A stretch of 58,881 nt of DNA from Candidatus Latescibacterota bacterium (GTDB taxonomy: Bacteria; Latescibacterota; UBA2968; UBA8231), in contig CBDBIJ010000073.1 in the NCBI GenBank assembly GCA_965205655.1, forward strand, positions 1 through 58,881, written 5' to 3'. The notes below the pieces were generated by a model that had not been told where the DNA came from, did not search any database, and worked only from the letters and a program-made list of their open reading frames with translations. Each line of letters opens with the position of its first letter. Within the stretch, counting starts at the first letter, position 1. The translations under genes and the position numbers were made by a program. Below are positions 29,287-40,703 of the stretch, in pieces.

Positions 29287-29767
29287 ATGAACCTGTTTGT
29301 CGGAAGCGCAATTGCGATCATTTGTTCTTCGCTTTTGGGATGTGCTGCGACGGGAGGTTTTCCCCCCGTCACGTCAGCCAAAGCTCAGCCGGCGGGCAGC
29401 ATGTGGGAGATCGGCACCCCCATTGTCGGCTACTACCACGGGCCGGGGGGTGGAGGGGGTAGATGGGGTCCCCTGACGCACGGGATGGCCAGGAAGCTTG
29501 TCGACGGGGGATTCAATCTGGCTTGGGGCAGCAGCGTGGAGGATCTCGATGTCGCTCACGCCCACGGGTTGCGGCCTGCAGTGGCTCAAAGATCCTGAGA
29601 TCTGCCTCGACAACGGTGGAAGATGGGACACCGTCAAGGCATCCGAGCCGTGTATCATCGACCTCGATGACGGTCGATTCCGGATGTTCTACGAGGCCCG
29701 CGACCTCGAGGGCCAATGGCGGATTGCCAGCGCGACCTCGGCTACGCCCTCCGCTCACGCTTCATAG
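29287..29767 (+). pseudogene. Chimeric remnant: lipoprotein N-terminus joined to a beta-propeller glycosidase-like C-terminal fragment
   Basis: Lipobox LLGC and GGFNLAW...DLDVAHAHGLR end at ~29598. A different frame then reads DPEICLDNGG...SEPCIIDLDDGRFRMFYEA...WRIASATS. Confidence 0.5.
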
Positions 29768-29807
29768 CTTGAGCCGGCGACATCGCAGGCGAGGTACTGC
29801 GGGTGGC

Positions 29808-30068
29808 TTATTCGACGAATTTCTCCGGCGTGATGCCGAGCGCGGATCGAGCCTTTTCCATCAGAAAGAACAGAAACAAAACATAGGGAGTCAGTGTCGC
29901 GAAGAAGAAGAGCTGCCACAGTCGTCGCCGCCACGTGCGTCGCACCGCTTCGGGGGCTCGCGGATCTCGCCCCGTCGGATTATTCGCGCCCAGAGCTCGA
30001 TTCCACGCGTACAGGTATGCCATGGTGCCGGCGACGCCGATAATCAATTCAGTCGCGCTTTCGAGCAT
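29808..30068 (-). CDS. Small hypothetical membrane protein
   Basis: 86 aa ORF with two hydrophobic segments. Confidence 0.45.
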   Translation of the reverse strand: MLESATELIIGVAGTMAYLYAWNRALGANNPTGRDPRAPEAVRRTWRRRLWQLFFFATLTPYVLFLFFLMEKARSALGITPEKFVE

Positions 30069-30159
30069 CGTTGGGTCACCTCAAGGGGTTGTTTGCATGG
30101 AGGTGCAAAGGTATAATCGGGGAGTCGCCCTGTCACCCGATGCCAGACGCGTGGTCGAG

Positions 30160-30195
30160 GAGGGAGAGATGGTCGCCGAGGGAGAGATGGTCGCC
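30160..30195 (+). repeat. Perfect 18 bp tandem duplication spanning RBS and ATG
   Basis: GAGGGAGAGATGGTCGCC x2 (30160-30177, 30178-30195). Confidence 0.85.
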
Positions 30196-31228
30196 GTCGA
30201 ACGAATGAGGGATAATGCTCCACTGGATGGCCGCCATCGTGCCATTTCCAGAACGAGCGCAACATCCCAGTCCGACTCAGATCTGGAGCTACTCGATGCC
30301 TACTCCAGAGCGGTGACGGCGGTCGTAGACGCCGTCAGTCCCGCCGTGGTCAGCATATCCGTGGGCGTGCAGCGCCGCGGCCGTCCCACGGTGGCAGAGG
30401 GCGCCGGTTCCGGTTTCACCATCGCGCCGGACGGATATGTGCTGACCAACAGTCACGTCGTCAAGTCCGCAGACCGGCTGGACGTGTCATTCACCGACGG
30501 AACCCAGGCTCAGGCCGACCTCGTGGGCCACGACCCGGCGAACGGATCTGGGTGTAATCCGGGTGAATGCATCCCATCTGCCCTACGCCACCTTGGGCGA
30601 TTCGACGGCCCTGCGAGCCGGGCAACTTGCGATCGCGGTGGGAAATCCACTTGGGTTTGAATCGACCGTATCGTCGGGGGTGATCAGCGCCCTGGGGCAA
30701 ACTCTTCGAAGCCAGGACGGACGAACCATCGAAAACATCATCCAGCACACTGCTCCATTGAATCCCGGAAACTCAGGGGGACCGCTGCTCGATTCGCGGG
30801 GCACGGTCGTCGGCATCAACACCGCCATCATCGCCATGGCGCAGGGGATGGGGTTCGCCGTCCCCGCAGCTACGGCCCTGTGGGTGGTGTCCCAGCTGTT
30901 GTCGCACGGCCGGGTCAGGCGCGGATATCTGGGCATCAGCGCAAGGAGTCGCCCGCTCGGTAGACGGTGGGTCCGCCACTTCAGCCTCGCCCAGGAGAAT
31001 GCCGTCGAGGTCATAGAGGTTGATTCTGACGGCCCCGCTTCCGCTGTGGGCCTTCGCGAGCGCGACCTCATCGTTGGCATCGGAGAGGCAGTCGTGGCCG
31101 GCGTAGACGATCTGCATCGCTTTCTGACAGAATGGCCCATCGGCGAGGCAGTCTCGTTGTCAGTCCTCAGAGGCGGAGACCGCCACTCGATCGAGATCCG
31201 GCCGGAGGAGGTCCCAGCTGCCGATTGA
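30187..31228 (+). CDS. HtrA/DegP-like trypsin serine protease with PDZ domain (apparent +1 error at ~30541)
   Basis: GSGF, LTNSHVV, DPA-TDL, GNPLG, NPGNSGGPL, RGYLG and a PDZ domain. Frames join on removing one A. Confidence 0.85.
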
Positions 31229-31363
31229 CTCCCGGATAGACAGACACGTCGTGGAAGGGAATGGGAGCGACGGCAGAATGTGTTATTTTCTGTGGCGCGC
31301 TGGCGCGCCCGTCGTCACAGAGGCGGACAAGCCGCAGCGCTCGCACCTAGGGAGTGCCTTGGG

Positions 31364-31729
31364 ATGAAGCTGACGGCTGGTTCCGTATTCATACTCGCCC
31401 TCCTTCTCGTCGGAAGCGCTGGCCTGATCGCCGGGCAAACATGGGCCTATACCGGATCCCTCCTGCTGGCGTGTGTGAGTGGCGCAGTCGGTTTTCTGCT
31501 GCTCTTGGCGGGATTGCGGGCTTTCCTCAAGCGGGCGGCCGCTGCCCGCAGCGTGCGATTTCTGGGGGAGTTGAAGGACGGGCTGGACGCCGACGACTTC
31601 GTGGAAGTCGTCGAGGAGAGCGAGGGAACCAAGGTACGCGTGGAGAAAGGCGTGAAGGAGAGGCCGGATGAAATGGCCAGATCAATCAGTAGCATGCTTG
31701 ATCGCGCAGACAAGGGCAAGCGGAAATAG
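31364..31729 (+). CDS. Hypothetical two-TM membrane protein
   Basis: GGAG precedes ATG 31364; two hydrophobic helices and a charged tail. Confidence 0.6.
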   Translation: MKLTAGSVFILALLLVGSAGLIAGQTWAYTGSLLLACVSGAVGFLLLLAGLRAFLKRAAAARSVRFLGELKDGLDADDFVEVVEESEGTKVRVEKGVKERPDEMARSISSMLDRADKGKRK

Positions 31730-31739
31730 CTGAGACGCC

Positions 31740-32558
31740 GTGGCGAAGAAGAAAGTCGTAGAGAAAAAACAAGCAAAGAAAAAGAAGGCGACCGACAAGT
31801 CGGCCAGTCCACCTGCGGCGAAGGCAGATGGGTGGGGGGACAGCGATCGGCCTCCGCAGCACGCCAGCAGTGGAGCGAAGGCTCTTCGAGAGATCTCAAA
31901 CGACGAGCTCGAGGAAATTCTGGAGACGCACCGGGAGTGGATTGTCAGCAAGGCCAAGGATGGGAAGCGTGCCGAGCTGTCCAAAGTCAATTTGAGAGAG
32001 AAATATCTTCAGGGAGCCCAGCTTCGAGGTGCCGACTTGCATGAGGCGAATCTTCAAAAAGCGGAAATGCAGAACGTAGACCTCTTTCTCGCCGATCTGA
32101 GGGATGTCGACTTGCTGGAGGCGCAGCTGCAAAAGGCGGTGTTGAAGCCGGCGAAGATCGACAAAGCAAGTCTGGTCGGGGCGCGCCTGGAGCAAGCGGA
32201 CATGGAGCAAGCCAGCCTCTTGGGCGCGGATCTGCGCGAGGCGGACCTACGGGAGGCCAATCTTCAGGGCGCCAAAATGACGCGGGCAAATCTACAAAAC
32301 GCGAATCTGTTCATGGCCGAAATACATGAGGCGCACCTGCAGCAGGCTCGCCTGGATGGGGCCGATTTAAAAGGCGCCCACCTCATGGATGCTGACCTGA
32401 CCGGGGCCCGATTGCGCGGCGCCAAGCTCCAGGGCGCTGAGTTTACGGGCGCCAACTTAAGCGGGGCCGATTTGAGGGAGGCAACGGGGCTGACGCAGGA
32501 CCAGCTCGACGAAACGATCGTCGATGACAAGACCTTGACCTCCGATATTGATTCCTGA
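31740..32558 (+). CDS. Pentapeptide repeat protein
   Basis: Long A(D/N)Lxx repeat run after an ELEEILETHREW cap. Confidence 0.9.
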   Translation: MAKKKVVEKKQAKKKKATDKSASPPAAKADGWGDSDRPPQHASSGAKALREISNDELEEILETHREWIVSKAKDGKRAELSKVNLREKYLQGAQLRGADLHEANLQKAEMQNVDLFLADLRDVDLLEAQLQKAVLKPAKIDKASLVGARLEQADMEQASLLGADLREADLREANLQGAKMTRANLQNANLFMAEIHEAHLQQARLDGADLKGAHLMDADLTGARLRGAKLQGAEFTGANLSGADLREATGLTQDQLDETIVDDKTLTSDIDS

Positions 32559-32564
32559 ACTGCG

Positions 32565-33308
32565 ATGGAGGTTCTGGGGATCGACATCGGCGGCACGGGC
32601 ATAAAGGCGGCGCCCGTGAATGTGAAGACGGGCCAGCTGTCCGGAGAGCGCCATCGACTTCTAACCCCGCATCCTGCAACCCCCAACAAGATGACCCAGA
32701 CCGTGGCCGACCTCGTGGCCCATTTCGACTGGACGGGCCCGGTGGGCAGCGGCTTTCCGGGAGTGATTCGCAACGGCGAGGCCAGGACCGCCTCCAACCT
32801 GTCCCACAAATGGATAGGCCACAACGCCCGGGAGGAGTTTCAGGAGGCGACCGGTTGTCCGTTCGTGTTGATCAACGATGCCGATGCCGCCGGACTCGCC
32901 GAGATGTCATTCGGCGCCGGGCGCGGTCGCGACGGGGTTGTGCTGCTGATCACGCTGGGGACGGGAATCGGTTCGGCCCTGTTTGTGGATGGCCAGCTCG
33001 TTCCCAATACGGAATTCGGACACATAGAGATCAACGGCAAAAACGCGGAGCGCTGGGCCGCCGCCAGCGTGCGCGAGAAAAAGAAGCTCAGCTGGAAAAA
33101 ATGGGCCCGTCGCCTCGAGGTCTACCTCGCCTCTATGCAATTCTACCTCTGGCCGGAGCTGATAATCCTGGGTGGGGGAGTGAGCAAGAGCTACGAGAAG
33201 TTCCTGCCTCATGTCGCAGTCGATGCCGAGGTGGTACCCGCTCAATTGCGCAACCAGGCCGGTATTGTCGGTGCGGCGCTGGCGGCCGCCGGTGCCAAAG
33301 TCAGTTGA
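32565..33308 (+). CDS. ppgK: Polyphosphate glucokinase (ROK family)
   Basis: [60 protein letters not shown]. Confidence 0.85.
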   Translation: MEVLGIDIGGTGIKAAPVNVKTGQLSGERHRLLTPHPATPNKMTQTVADLVAHFDWTGPVGSGFPGVIRNGEARTASNLSHKWIGHNAREEFQEATGCPFVLINDADAAGLAEMSFGAGRGRDGVVLLITLGTGIGSALFVDGQLVPNTEFGHIEINGKNAERWAAASVREKKKLSWKKWARRLEVYLASMQFYLWPELIILGGGVSKSYEKFLPHVAVDAEVVPAQLRNQAGIVGAALAAAGAKVS

Positions 33309-34530
33309 CATCCCGAAACAGCTAGACCGAATTCCGTACTGGTAGGAGACTGCAACCCGTGTCTGAGCACGCCCTCCTCACGGCCGAGCATGTGCGCCTG
33401 CAGGAATCCCTGGAGCGCAGCAAACACTGGAAGCGCTGGGGGCCGTACTTGAGCGACCGGGCCTGGGGCACGGTTCGCGAGGACTACAGCCCTCACGGCA
33501 CCGCATGGGAGTACCTGCCTCACGATCACGCTCGTTCGAAGTCCTATAGATGGGGCGAGGACGGCATCGCGGGCCTGTGCGACAATCACCAGAGGCTGTG
33601 TTTCGCCGTCGCCCTGTGGAATGGTCAGGACGCGATCATCAAGGAGCGCCTCTTCGGCTTGAGCGGGAACGAGGGCAACCACGCAGAGGATGTGAAGGAG
33701 TGCTACTACTACCTCGACTCAACGCCGACTCATTCCTACATGAAGTTCCTCTACAAGTACCCCCAGAGTGCCTATCCATACGAAGAGCTTGTGCGGGTGA
33801 ACGCCGAGCGGCCACGGGCGGAGCGGGAGTACGAGCTCATCGATACAGGCATCTTCGATGAGCAGGGCTACTTCGACGTATTCGTCGAGTACGCGAAAGC
33901 GGATGTAGAAGACATCTGTATTCGAATCACGGCTTTCAATCGCGGATCTCGTGCGGCGCCGCTCTACCTGCTACCCACCGTGTGGTACCGCAACACGTGG
34001 TGCTTCGAGCCCAATTAGTCCCGACCCAGACTCGACGAGCTCAGCCCTGCCCCCGGTGCGCTCGCCATCGAGTGTCGGCACGACATTCTCGGTCGCCGCT
34101 TCCTTCTCGTCGATGCAGGTGGAGAGGAAGGGCGAGCCGCCCTGGAGAGCTCGCAATCGCCCCGAATACTGTTCACCGAAAACGAAACGAACAGAAAACG
34201 GCTTTACGGGCAGCCGAATGAGTTGCCGTACGTCAAGGATGGAATCGAACGATTTATCATTCACGGCGAAGCGGGATGCGTCAACGAGGGTCAGACGGGA
34301 ACGAAGGCCGCCGTGTGCTATTCTCGAGAGGTGCCGCCGGGAGGCAGTGTGAGTGTCCGACTGCGCCTGGTGGAAGATATCTCCAGCACAGATCTCCTGG
34401 GGGGCGGCTTCGAGGAGGTCTTCGCGCAGCGTCTCGCCGAAGCAGATGAGTTCTACGAGACGGTCGTGGGCCAGTGTACGACGGCCGACGCGCGCAACGT
34501 GCAGCGTCAGGCGTTTGCCGGTGTGCTGTG

Positions 34531-35906
34531 GAGCTAGGGTCAAATGGTGTGTAAACGACTCAGGCGGCGATCTTCTTCCTTTGCGCGATGGGTGATCCGT
34601 TTTCGTAGCACTCCCCGGCGTAGACGTCAGCCATGAGATGCGGTGCATTGAGTCGCCGGAATCGTTTCCCGGCCACCATCAGTACCCGCCAAATGAGGGC
34701 GGTGGCATTGGCCACCTTCCTGTATCGTTTGGCCGCATTGGTTCGCAACCGTACCGAAGCGAAGGGACTTTCGACGACGTTGGTGGTGCGCAGGTGTTGC
34801 CAGTGGGCCTCGGGAAAGTCGTAGAATGTCACCATACGGTCCCAATCGCGCTCAAGGATATCGACGGCGTCTGGACACTCGCGGCGAAACCGTTTGGCGA
34901 ATTGATCGCGACGTTTCGTCGCTTCCTGACGGGTCGGCGCGTACGGGATCTGTGTCAGCAGGTGCCGCCCTTCGACCTGCACGCGTTTTGGCAGCTTATC
35001 CAGCACGTTCAGGATGCGGTGATTCCAGCATCGCTGTTCAGCCGTCTCCGGCCAGACCTCTGCCAGGGCCGCCCAGATACCCAGGTGCCCATCCGCCACC
35101 AACAACTTCGCCACGCTCAGTCCGCGGTCACGCAGATCGCGCAGTACGCCCGCCCACGACTCTGTCGATTCGCGATAGCCCGGGACAATCGTCAGGACTT
35201 CTTTGCGCCCATCGCTCATCGCGCCGATGACCACCAGGAGAGCGGCTTTTTGCTTCTCGAGACCGGCTTTGACGTAGATCCCGTCCGCCCAGGCGTAGAC
35301 GAGCTCGCGGTCATCCAGTCGTCGGCTGCGCCAGGCGTTGTATTCGACGATCCACTTCTCACGCAAACGAGCGATCGAGGACGCCGACAAAGGCGCTCCC
35401 TTGCCCAGCAGGCCGCGCAGCGCCAGCTCGAAGTCGCCCTGAGACAAACCGTGCAGGTAAAGCTCTGGCAGCAGCTGACCTATTTCTTGGGTGCGCCGGG
35501 CGAACAGCGGCAGTACCGCACTCTCAAATCGCTCTTCCAGACCCCGCACCCGAGGGCGTTTCACCTCGATCGTGCCCGAGGTCAAGGACAGTCGCCGCCG
35601 CTTCCCGTACCCATTGCGGTAGCCGCCGGCTGCGTCCAACGGTGCCTGTCGCTCGTACCGTGACCGTCCCAGCGCATGGGTGACTTCTTCATCCAGAACC
35701 GACTGCATCAGCGACTGAATCTGCGAGCGTGTCCACTCTTCCAGCGTTTCGAACGTGGGCATGGACATTTCCGTCGTGCTCGGCTTAGGTTGTGCCATGG
35801 CGATTCTCCTCTTCCTGCCGGGATAGCCCCGGCGTTTGTGATGGCTAATTACAAAGGAAGGGTAGGATCGCCGTCTGTCTATTTCCACACCTTCTGATTA
35901 TAGCTC
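34531..35906 (-). mobile_element. IS256-family insertion sequence (1376 bp, 8 bp TSD GTGCTGTG)
   Basis: Imperfect terminal IRs GAGCTAgggTCAaatGGTGTGtAAA and GAGCTAtaaTCAgaaGGTGTGgAAA. TSD at 34523-34530 and 35907-35914. Confidence 0.92.
34560..35798 (-). CDS. IS256 family transposase
   Basis: YRNGY, LYLHGLS, WADGIY, VADG, QRCWNH and RTTNVVES..F DDE motifs. Start probably MAQPKP. Confidence 0.92.
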   Translation of the reverse strand: MAQPKPSTTEMSMPTFETLEEWTRSQIQSLMQSVLDEEVTHALGRSRYERQAPLDAAGGYRNGYGKRRRLSLTSGTIEVKRPRVRGLEERFESAVLPLFARRTQEIGQLLPELYLHGLSQGDFELALRGLLGKGAPLSASSIARLREKWIVEYNAWRSRRLDDRELVYAWADGIYVKAGLEKQKAALLVVIGAMSDGRKEVLTIVPGYRESTESWAGVLRDLRDRGLSVAKLLVADGHLGIWAALAEVWPETAEQRCWNHRILNVLDKLPKRVQVEGRHLLTQIPYAPTRQEATKRRDQFAKRFRRECPDAVDILERDWDRMVTFYDFPEAHWQHLRTTNVVESPFASVRLRTNAAKRYRKVANATALIWRVLMVAGKRFRRLNAPHLMADVYAGECYENGSPIAQRKKIAA

Positions 35907-37482
35907 GTGCTGTGGTCGAAGCAGTTCTATCACTACGATGTAGGACGATGGATCCGAGAGGGTCCGAATGGCGGTCCGGCCGCACCCAGGGAGAATGTGC
36001 GCAACAGCGCCTGGACCCATCTCTACAACGAAGACATCATTTCGATGCCCGACAAATGGGAGTATCCCTGGTACGCCTCCTGGGACCTGGCTTTTCACTG
36101 CGTCCCCCTGGCTCTCGTCGATGTCGATTTCGCCAAGAGCCAATTGATTCTCTTCCTGCGCGAGTGGTACATTCACCCGAACGGGCAGATCCCCGCCTAC
36201 GAATGGGCGTTCGATGACGTCAATCCTCCCGTCCACGCCTGGGCCGTGTGGCGGGTGTACAAGATCGAGGAGCGCCTGAATGGCAAGAGCGATGTCGCCT
36301 TTCTCGAGCGCGCCTTTCACAAGCTGCTGCTGAACTTCAACTGGTGGGTAAACCGCAAGGACGAGGCGGGCAACAACATATTCGAAGGGGGATTTCTCGG
36401 TTTGGACAACATCGGCGTCTTCGACCGCTCGTCACCACTTCCCACCGGGGGAACCATCGAACAGTCCGACGGCACGAGCTGGATGGGCATGTTCTGTCTC
36501 AACATGCTGGCCATCGCACTCGAACTGGCGCGCCACAACAGGGCGTACTCGGATGTGGCGAGCAAGTTCTTTGAGCATTTCGTCTACATCTCACATGCCA
36601 TCAACAACCTGGGTGACGAAAACCTCCAGCTCTGGGACGAGGAGGACGGCTTCTTCTACGACGCGCTGTGTTTTCCAGACGGTCGCCATGAGCTGCTCAA
36701 GATTCGCTCGATGGTCGGGCTCATCACACTGTTCGCAGTAGAGACGCTGGAGCCTGATGTCATCGAGGCCCTGCCGGGGTTTGAACGCCGCATGCTCTGG
36801 TTCATAAAGAACAGGCGTCACCTGCGCGACCACATCGCCTACAGAGACAGACCTGGAGAGCCGCGACGGAGATTGCTAGCGATCGTTGGAAGGGAGCGGC
36901 TCAGACGCGTTCTGCGACCATTGCTCGACGAAAATGAATTCCTCTCCCCCTACGGCATTCGAGCTCTGTCGAAGCGGCACCAGCAGGAGCCATTCGTGTT
37001 CGGCGTCGACGGACAGGACTATCGGGTGGATTACGAGCCGGCTGAATCGACGACGGGAATGTTCGGTGGCAACTCGAACTGGAGAGGTCCGATCTGGTTT
37101 CCGGTGAACTTCCTCATCATTGAGTCGCTGCAGAAATTCCACTACTTTTACGGCGATGATTACAGAGTCGAGTGTCCCACCGGATCTGGACGGATGCTGT
37201 CTCTGTGGGAGGTCGCTGCCGAACTGTCGAAACGTCTGTGTCGCATCTTCTTGAGGGACCCCTCGGGCAAGCGCCCCGTATACGGCGATCAACGGACGTT
37301 GCAGGAAGATCATCACTGGCGCGAACACGTGCTGTTTTACGAGTACTTTCACGGCGATCATGGGGGCGGACTCGGAGCCAGCCACCAGACAGGCTGGACT
37401 GCTCTGGTAGCCAAGCTGTTGCAACAAAGCGGGTCCGGACTGTGATATCGAGAGTGGGTGAATCCTCGAACTGGAGTCGCAG

Positions 37483-37872
37483 GTGATCAGAGGTGACAAG
37501 CAGCTCATCGTCGTCGGCGATCGAGTACTGATGAAGCTCGATGAGCTCGAGGAGCGCACGGAGGTTGGTCTCTATCTGCCCCCGACCGCCCTCGAAAAGG
37601 AGAACGTGCAGAGCGGGGTTGTTGAGGAGGTGGGGCCAGGCATCGCGTTGCCGCCCAAGCAGGATGACGGTGATGTTCCGTGGGCGACGGAAACGCCAGA
37701 CCAGATGCGCTTTATTCCACTCCAGGCGCAAAAAGGCGATCGCGCCATCTTTACCCGCAAGGACGGTGTGGAAATCAAGTTCGACGGCGACAAGTACATG
37801 GTGGTGCCCCACGCGGCCATCCTCGTCATAATCCGCTCCACCGGGTTGCTGGACGAGTTGGACATGGGCTGA
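37483..37872 (+). CDS. Co-chaperonin GroES-family protein (no adjacent groEL)
   Basis: VGDRVL, TEVGLYLP, GVVEEVGPG, GDRAIF...GVEIKFDGDKY...IL. Confidence 0.8.
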   Translation: MIRGDKQLIVVGDRVLMKLDELEERTEVGLYLPPTALEKENVQSGVVEEVGPGIALPPKQDDGDVPWATETPDQMRFIPLQAQKGDRAIFTRKDGVEIKFDGDKYMVVPHAAILVIIRSTGLLDELDMG

Positions 37873-37899
37873 GCGGCAATCCAGGCCAGCGGAAACGAG

Positions 37900-37934
37900 A
37901 AAGCCCCGCTCGTAGCACAACGAGCGGGGCTTTT
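37900..37934. terminator. Bidirectional rho-independent terminator
   Basis: AAAGCCCCGCTCGT-loop-ACGAGCGGGGCTTTT between convergent genes. Confidence 0.85.
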
Positions 37935-37958
37935 ACTTTGTGTGAGCCGCTTTGAGCC

Positions 37959-38309
37959 TCAGCCGAGACCGCCCGCCCCCAGTTTCAGGAATTCGATAGG
38001 TGGCGCAGCCTCCCATCCCCTCGACACGTAGTCCTGCAGCGTCAGCGCCAGCAGAATGAGGAGCCAGAAGAAACCAGCTCCGGCGAACACCCACATGAGC
38101 GGAGTGTTGTAGCGCACGTGCATGAAGAAGAGGACGACGAGCGAGGCCTTGAAGATGGCTATGGCAAGGGCGATCGGCGTGTTGAAAGCGCCAAGGTCGA
38201 CGAAGGCGGCAAGAACGGTAATTGCCGTGAACGCGAACAGACAGGAGACAATTGTTGCGTACAACCGTACGGGTAGAACGTGATGCTCGTCGGCTATATG
38301 CTGATCCAT
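37959..38309 (-). CDS. ctaF: Cytochrome c oxidase subunit IV (caa3-type)
   Basis: [10 protein letters not shown]..., [19 protein letters not shown], three TM segments. Confidence 0.85.
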   Translation of the reverse strand: MDQHIADEHHVLPVRLYATIVSCLFAFTAITVLAAFVDLGAFNTPIALAIAIFKASLVVLFFMHVRYNTPLMWVFAGAGFFWLLILLALTLQDYVSRGWEAAPPIEFLKLGAGGLG

Positions 38310-38962
38310 GGGTCCCGTCCTATCAGGTAGAGAAGGGGGAACAGAAAGATCCACACGATATCGACGAAGTGCCAGTAGAGGCCGAAGTTCTCGATGGGGG
38401 TGAAATAGTCCTTCGAATACGTGCCGCGGCGGATCTTCGGAATGAGCCAGAGCATGAGGCCGACGCCAATCACCATGTGAAGAGCGTGCATGCCGGTCAT
38501 GGCGAAGTAAAAGGAGTAGAAGATCTTCATCTGCCCCGGGTCTTGCGCGCCGTGGTAGCCGAAGCTCGTGCTGGGAATGAGGTGGTGATGGTACTTGGCG
38601 CTGTACTCGATCACCTTCACTCCGAGGAAGGTGAAGCCCAGCGCCATGGTGGCCAGCATCCAGTTCAGGATCTTGCTCGCCTGACCCTGCTGCGCCGCCC
38701 GAACGGCCATGGCCACGGTAAAACTGCTGGCGATCAGCACCGCCGTGTTGAGAGCGCCCAATTGGATGGGCAGAGAGTTGCTGCCCTCGGTAAAGGCGCC
38801 GAGATACTTGTAACGATAGACGGCGTAGCCCCCGAACATGCCGCCGAAGAACATGATCTCCTGGGCGATGAAGGCCCACATCCCCATGTTGGCGGCCTCG
38901 TACTGCTGCTTCAGGTCGTCGAACTGATGCTGGAGGGGGCTCGGGTGGGCGTGGGTCGTCAT
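38294..38962 (-). CDS. ctaE: Cytochrome c oxidase subunit III
   Basis: [26 protein letters not shown]. Confidence 0.92.
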   Translation of the reverse strand: MTTHAHPSPLQHQFDDLKQQYEAANMGMWAFIAQEIMFFGGMFGGYAVYRYKYLGAFTEGSNSLPIQLGALNTAVLIASSFTVAMAVRAAQQGQASKILNWMLATMALGFTFLGVKVIEYSAKYHHHLIPSTSFGYHGAQDPGQMKIFYSFYFAMTGMHALHMVIGVGLMLWLIPKIRRGTYSKDYFTPIENFGLYWHFVDIVWIFLFPLLYLIGRDPWISI

Positions 38963-40653
38963 CAGGTGGTGGTCACCTCCTCCTCGACTTCCGTCTCCGG
39001 CGCCGCCAGGGTCACGTCTTCCTCCTCATACGCATAGGCTTCCGCCGTCACGATCGGCGTGGCGTCGAAATTGTGAAGCGTGGGTGGCGACGGGATCTCC
39101 CACTCGAGGCCCTTCGCCTTCCAGGGGTTGGCGGGTGCGCGCTTTCCCTTGAACAGAGACCAGAGCAGATACGCGAACAGGACCCCGTATCCGAGCCCGA
39201 GCACAGTCGCACCTGCCGTCGACATGACGTGCAGGACCTGCCACTCCTCCGGATAGACGTGGTAGCGCCGCGGCATCCCCAGGTAGCCGAGAATGAACTG
39301 TGGGAAAAAGGTCAGGTTGAAGCCGGAGAAAATGAGGATGGCCCCGGTTTTGGCCATGACCTCGTTGAACATGCGCCCGGTCATCTTCGGCCACCAGAAA
39401 TGCAATCCGCTCAGGAACGCCATCACCATGCCGCCCACCATGACATAGTGGAAATGGGCCACGATGAAGTAGGTGTCGTGCAAATGGACGACAACGCCCA
39501 TGGTGGACAGAAACAGGCCCGTCAGACCGCCGATCGTGAACAGCCCGATAAAACCAAGGGCGTAGAGCATCGGTGACTCGAGGGAGATGGATCCGCGGTA
39601 CATGGTGGCGGTCCAGTTGAAGATCTTGACGGCAGTCGGCACGGCGATGAGGAAGGTGATAAACGAGAACACCATGCCGGCGTAGACGGACTGTCCGGTG
39701 GTGAACATGTGGTGTCCCCAAACCAGGAACCCGAGTACGGCGATCGCCAGACTGGAAAAGGCCACGAAGGAGTATCCGAATATGGCCTTGCGCGAAAAGC
39801 AGGCGATGACCTCGCTGATGACGCCAAACCCGGGCACGATCATGATGTAGACGGCCGGGTGTGAGTAAAACCAGAACATGTGCTGAAACAGAACGGGATC
39901 GCCGCCGAGTGCGGGATCGAAGATGCCGATTCCGAAAACGCGCTCCAGGGTGAGCAGCAGCAAGGTGATGGCGATGACGGGGGTGCCGAGCACCATGATG
40001 AGGCTGGTGGCGTACTGAGCCCAGATGAACAGCGGCAGGCGAAACCAGGTCATGCCCGGGGCGCGCATCTTGTGCACGGTGGTGATAAAGTTCACCCCGG
40101 TCAGAATCGAGGAGAATCCGTTTATGAAGACACCTGCCAGGGCGATGGCGACGAATGAATTCGAGTAGGTACTGGAATAAGGCGTATAGAAGGTCCAGCC
40201 GGTGTCGACGCCACCCAAGACAATGGCGATGGTGGCGAGCGTGCCGCCGACGATGAAGCAGTACCAGCTGAGCAGGTTGATTTTCGGAAAAGCCACATCC
40301 TTGGCGCCGATCATGATCGGCAGCACGAGATTTCCGAGCACGGCCGGTACGGAGGGGATGAGGAAGAAGAAGATCATCATGACGCCGTGCATGGTGAACA
40401 GCTTGTTGTAGGTCTCTGAGGAGACGAGGTCCCCCGCCGGCGTCATGAGCTCGAGCCTGATCAGCGAGGCGAATATGCCTCCCATTATGAAGAAGACGGT
40501 GATGCCGAGGAGGTAGAGTATGCCGATGCGCTTGTGGTCGAGAGTCAGAAGCCAGGATCTGATGCCGTAACTAGCGTTCAGAAAGTTCTCTGACCTGCCA
40601 TTCCTGCCGGTGACACTCGCGCTTCCGTGAGCTGCTGTTGTGGCCGTTGTCAT
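38962..40653 (-). CDS. ctaD: Cytochrome c oxidase subunit I, A2-type
   Basis: [48 protein letters not shown]. Confidence 0.95.
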   Translation of the reverse strand: MTTATTAAHGSASVTGRNGRSENFLNASYGIRSWLLTLDHKRIGILYLLGITVFFIMGGIFASLIRLELMTPAGDLVSSETYNKLFTMHGVMMIFFFLIPSVPAVLGNLVLPIMIGAKDVAFPKINLLSWYCFIVGGTLATIAIVLGGVDTGWTFYTPYSSTYSNSFVAIALAGVFINGFSSILTGVNFITTVHKMRAPGMTWFRLPLFIWAQYATSLIMVLGTPVIAITLLLLTLERVFGIGIFDPALGGDPVLFQHMFWFYSHPAVYIMIVPGFGVISEVIACFSRKAIFGYSFVAFSSLAIAVLGFLVWGHHMFTTGQSVYAGMVFSFITFLIAVPTAVKIFNWTATMYRGSISLESPMLYALGFIGLFTIGGLTGLFLSTMGVVVHLHDTYFIVAHFHYVMVGGMVMAFLSGLHFWWPKMTGRMFNEVMAKTGAILIFSGFNLTFFPQFILGYLGMPRRYHVYPEEWQVLHVMSTAGATVLGLGYGVLFAYLLWSLFKGKRAPANPWKAKGLEWEIPSPPTLHNFDATPIVTAEAYAYEEEDVTLAAPETEVEEEVTTT

Positions 40654-40703
40654 TGCGCTAACCTCGAGCTGTTGCGGTCCCGCCTGCGGACCGTTCTTTT
40701 GCC

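Larger units (their letters stand above)
33359..37445 (+). pseudogene. GH63/MGH1-like glucosidase, disrupted by in-frame TAG (34016-34018) and IS256 insertion
   Basis: [22 protein letters not shown]-terminus; the frame continues past the TAG (LFTENETN, YVKD). [10 protein letters not shown] is split by the IS. C-terminal motifs [30 protein letters not shown] and GASHQTGWT. Confidence 0.9.

Noticed and set aside
31364..31729. C-terminal VKERPDEMARSISSML resembling the FliF tail
   Set aside because: The protein is far too short and there are no flagellar genes nearby; the resemblance is too weak to call.
33305..33335. TTGACA upstream of the GH63 gene as a promoter
   Set aside because: No credible -10 hexamer at 16-18 nt spacing; the hexamer overlaps the ppgK stop.
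34016..34018. In-frame TAG as stop-codon reassignment or pyrrolysine
   Set aside because: Many intact genes here end in TAG, the same gene is also IS-disrupted, and the other internal stop is TAA.
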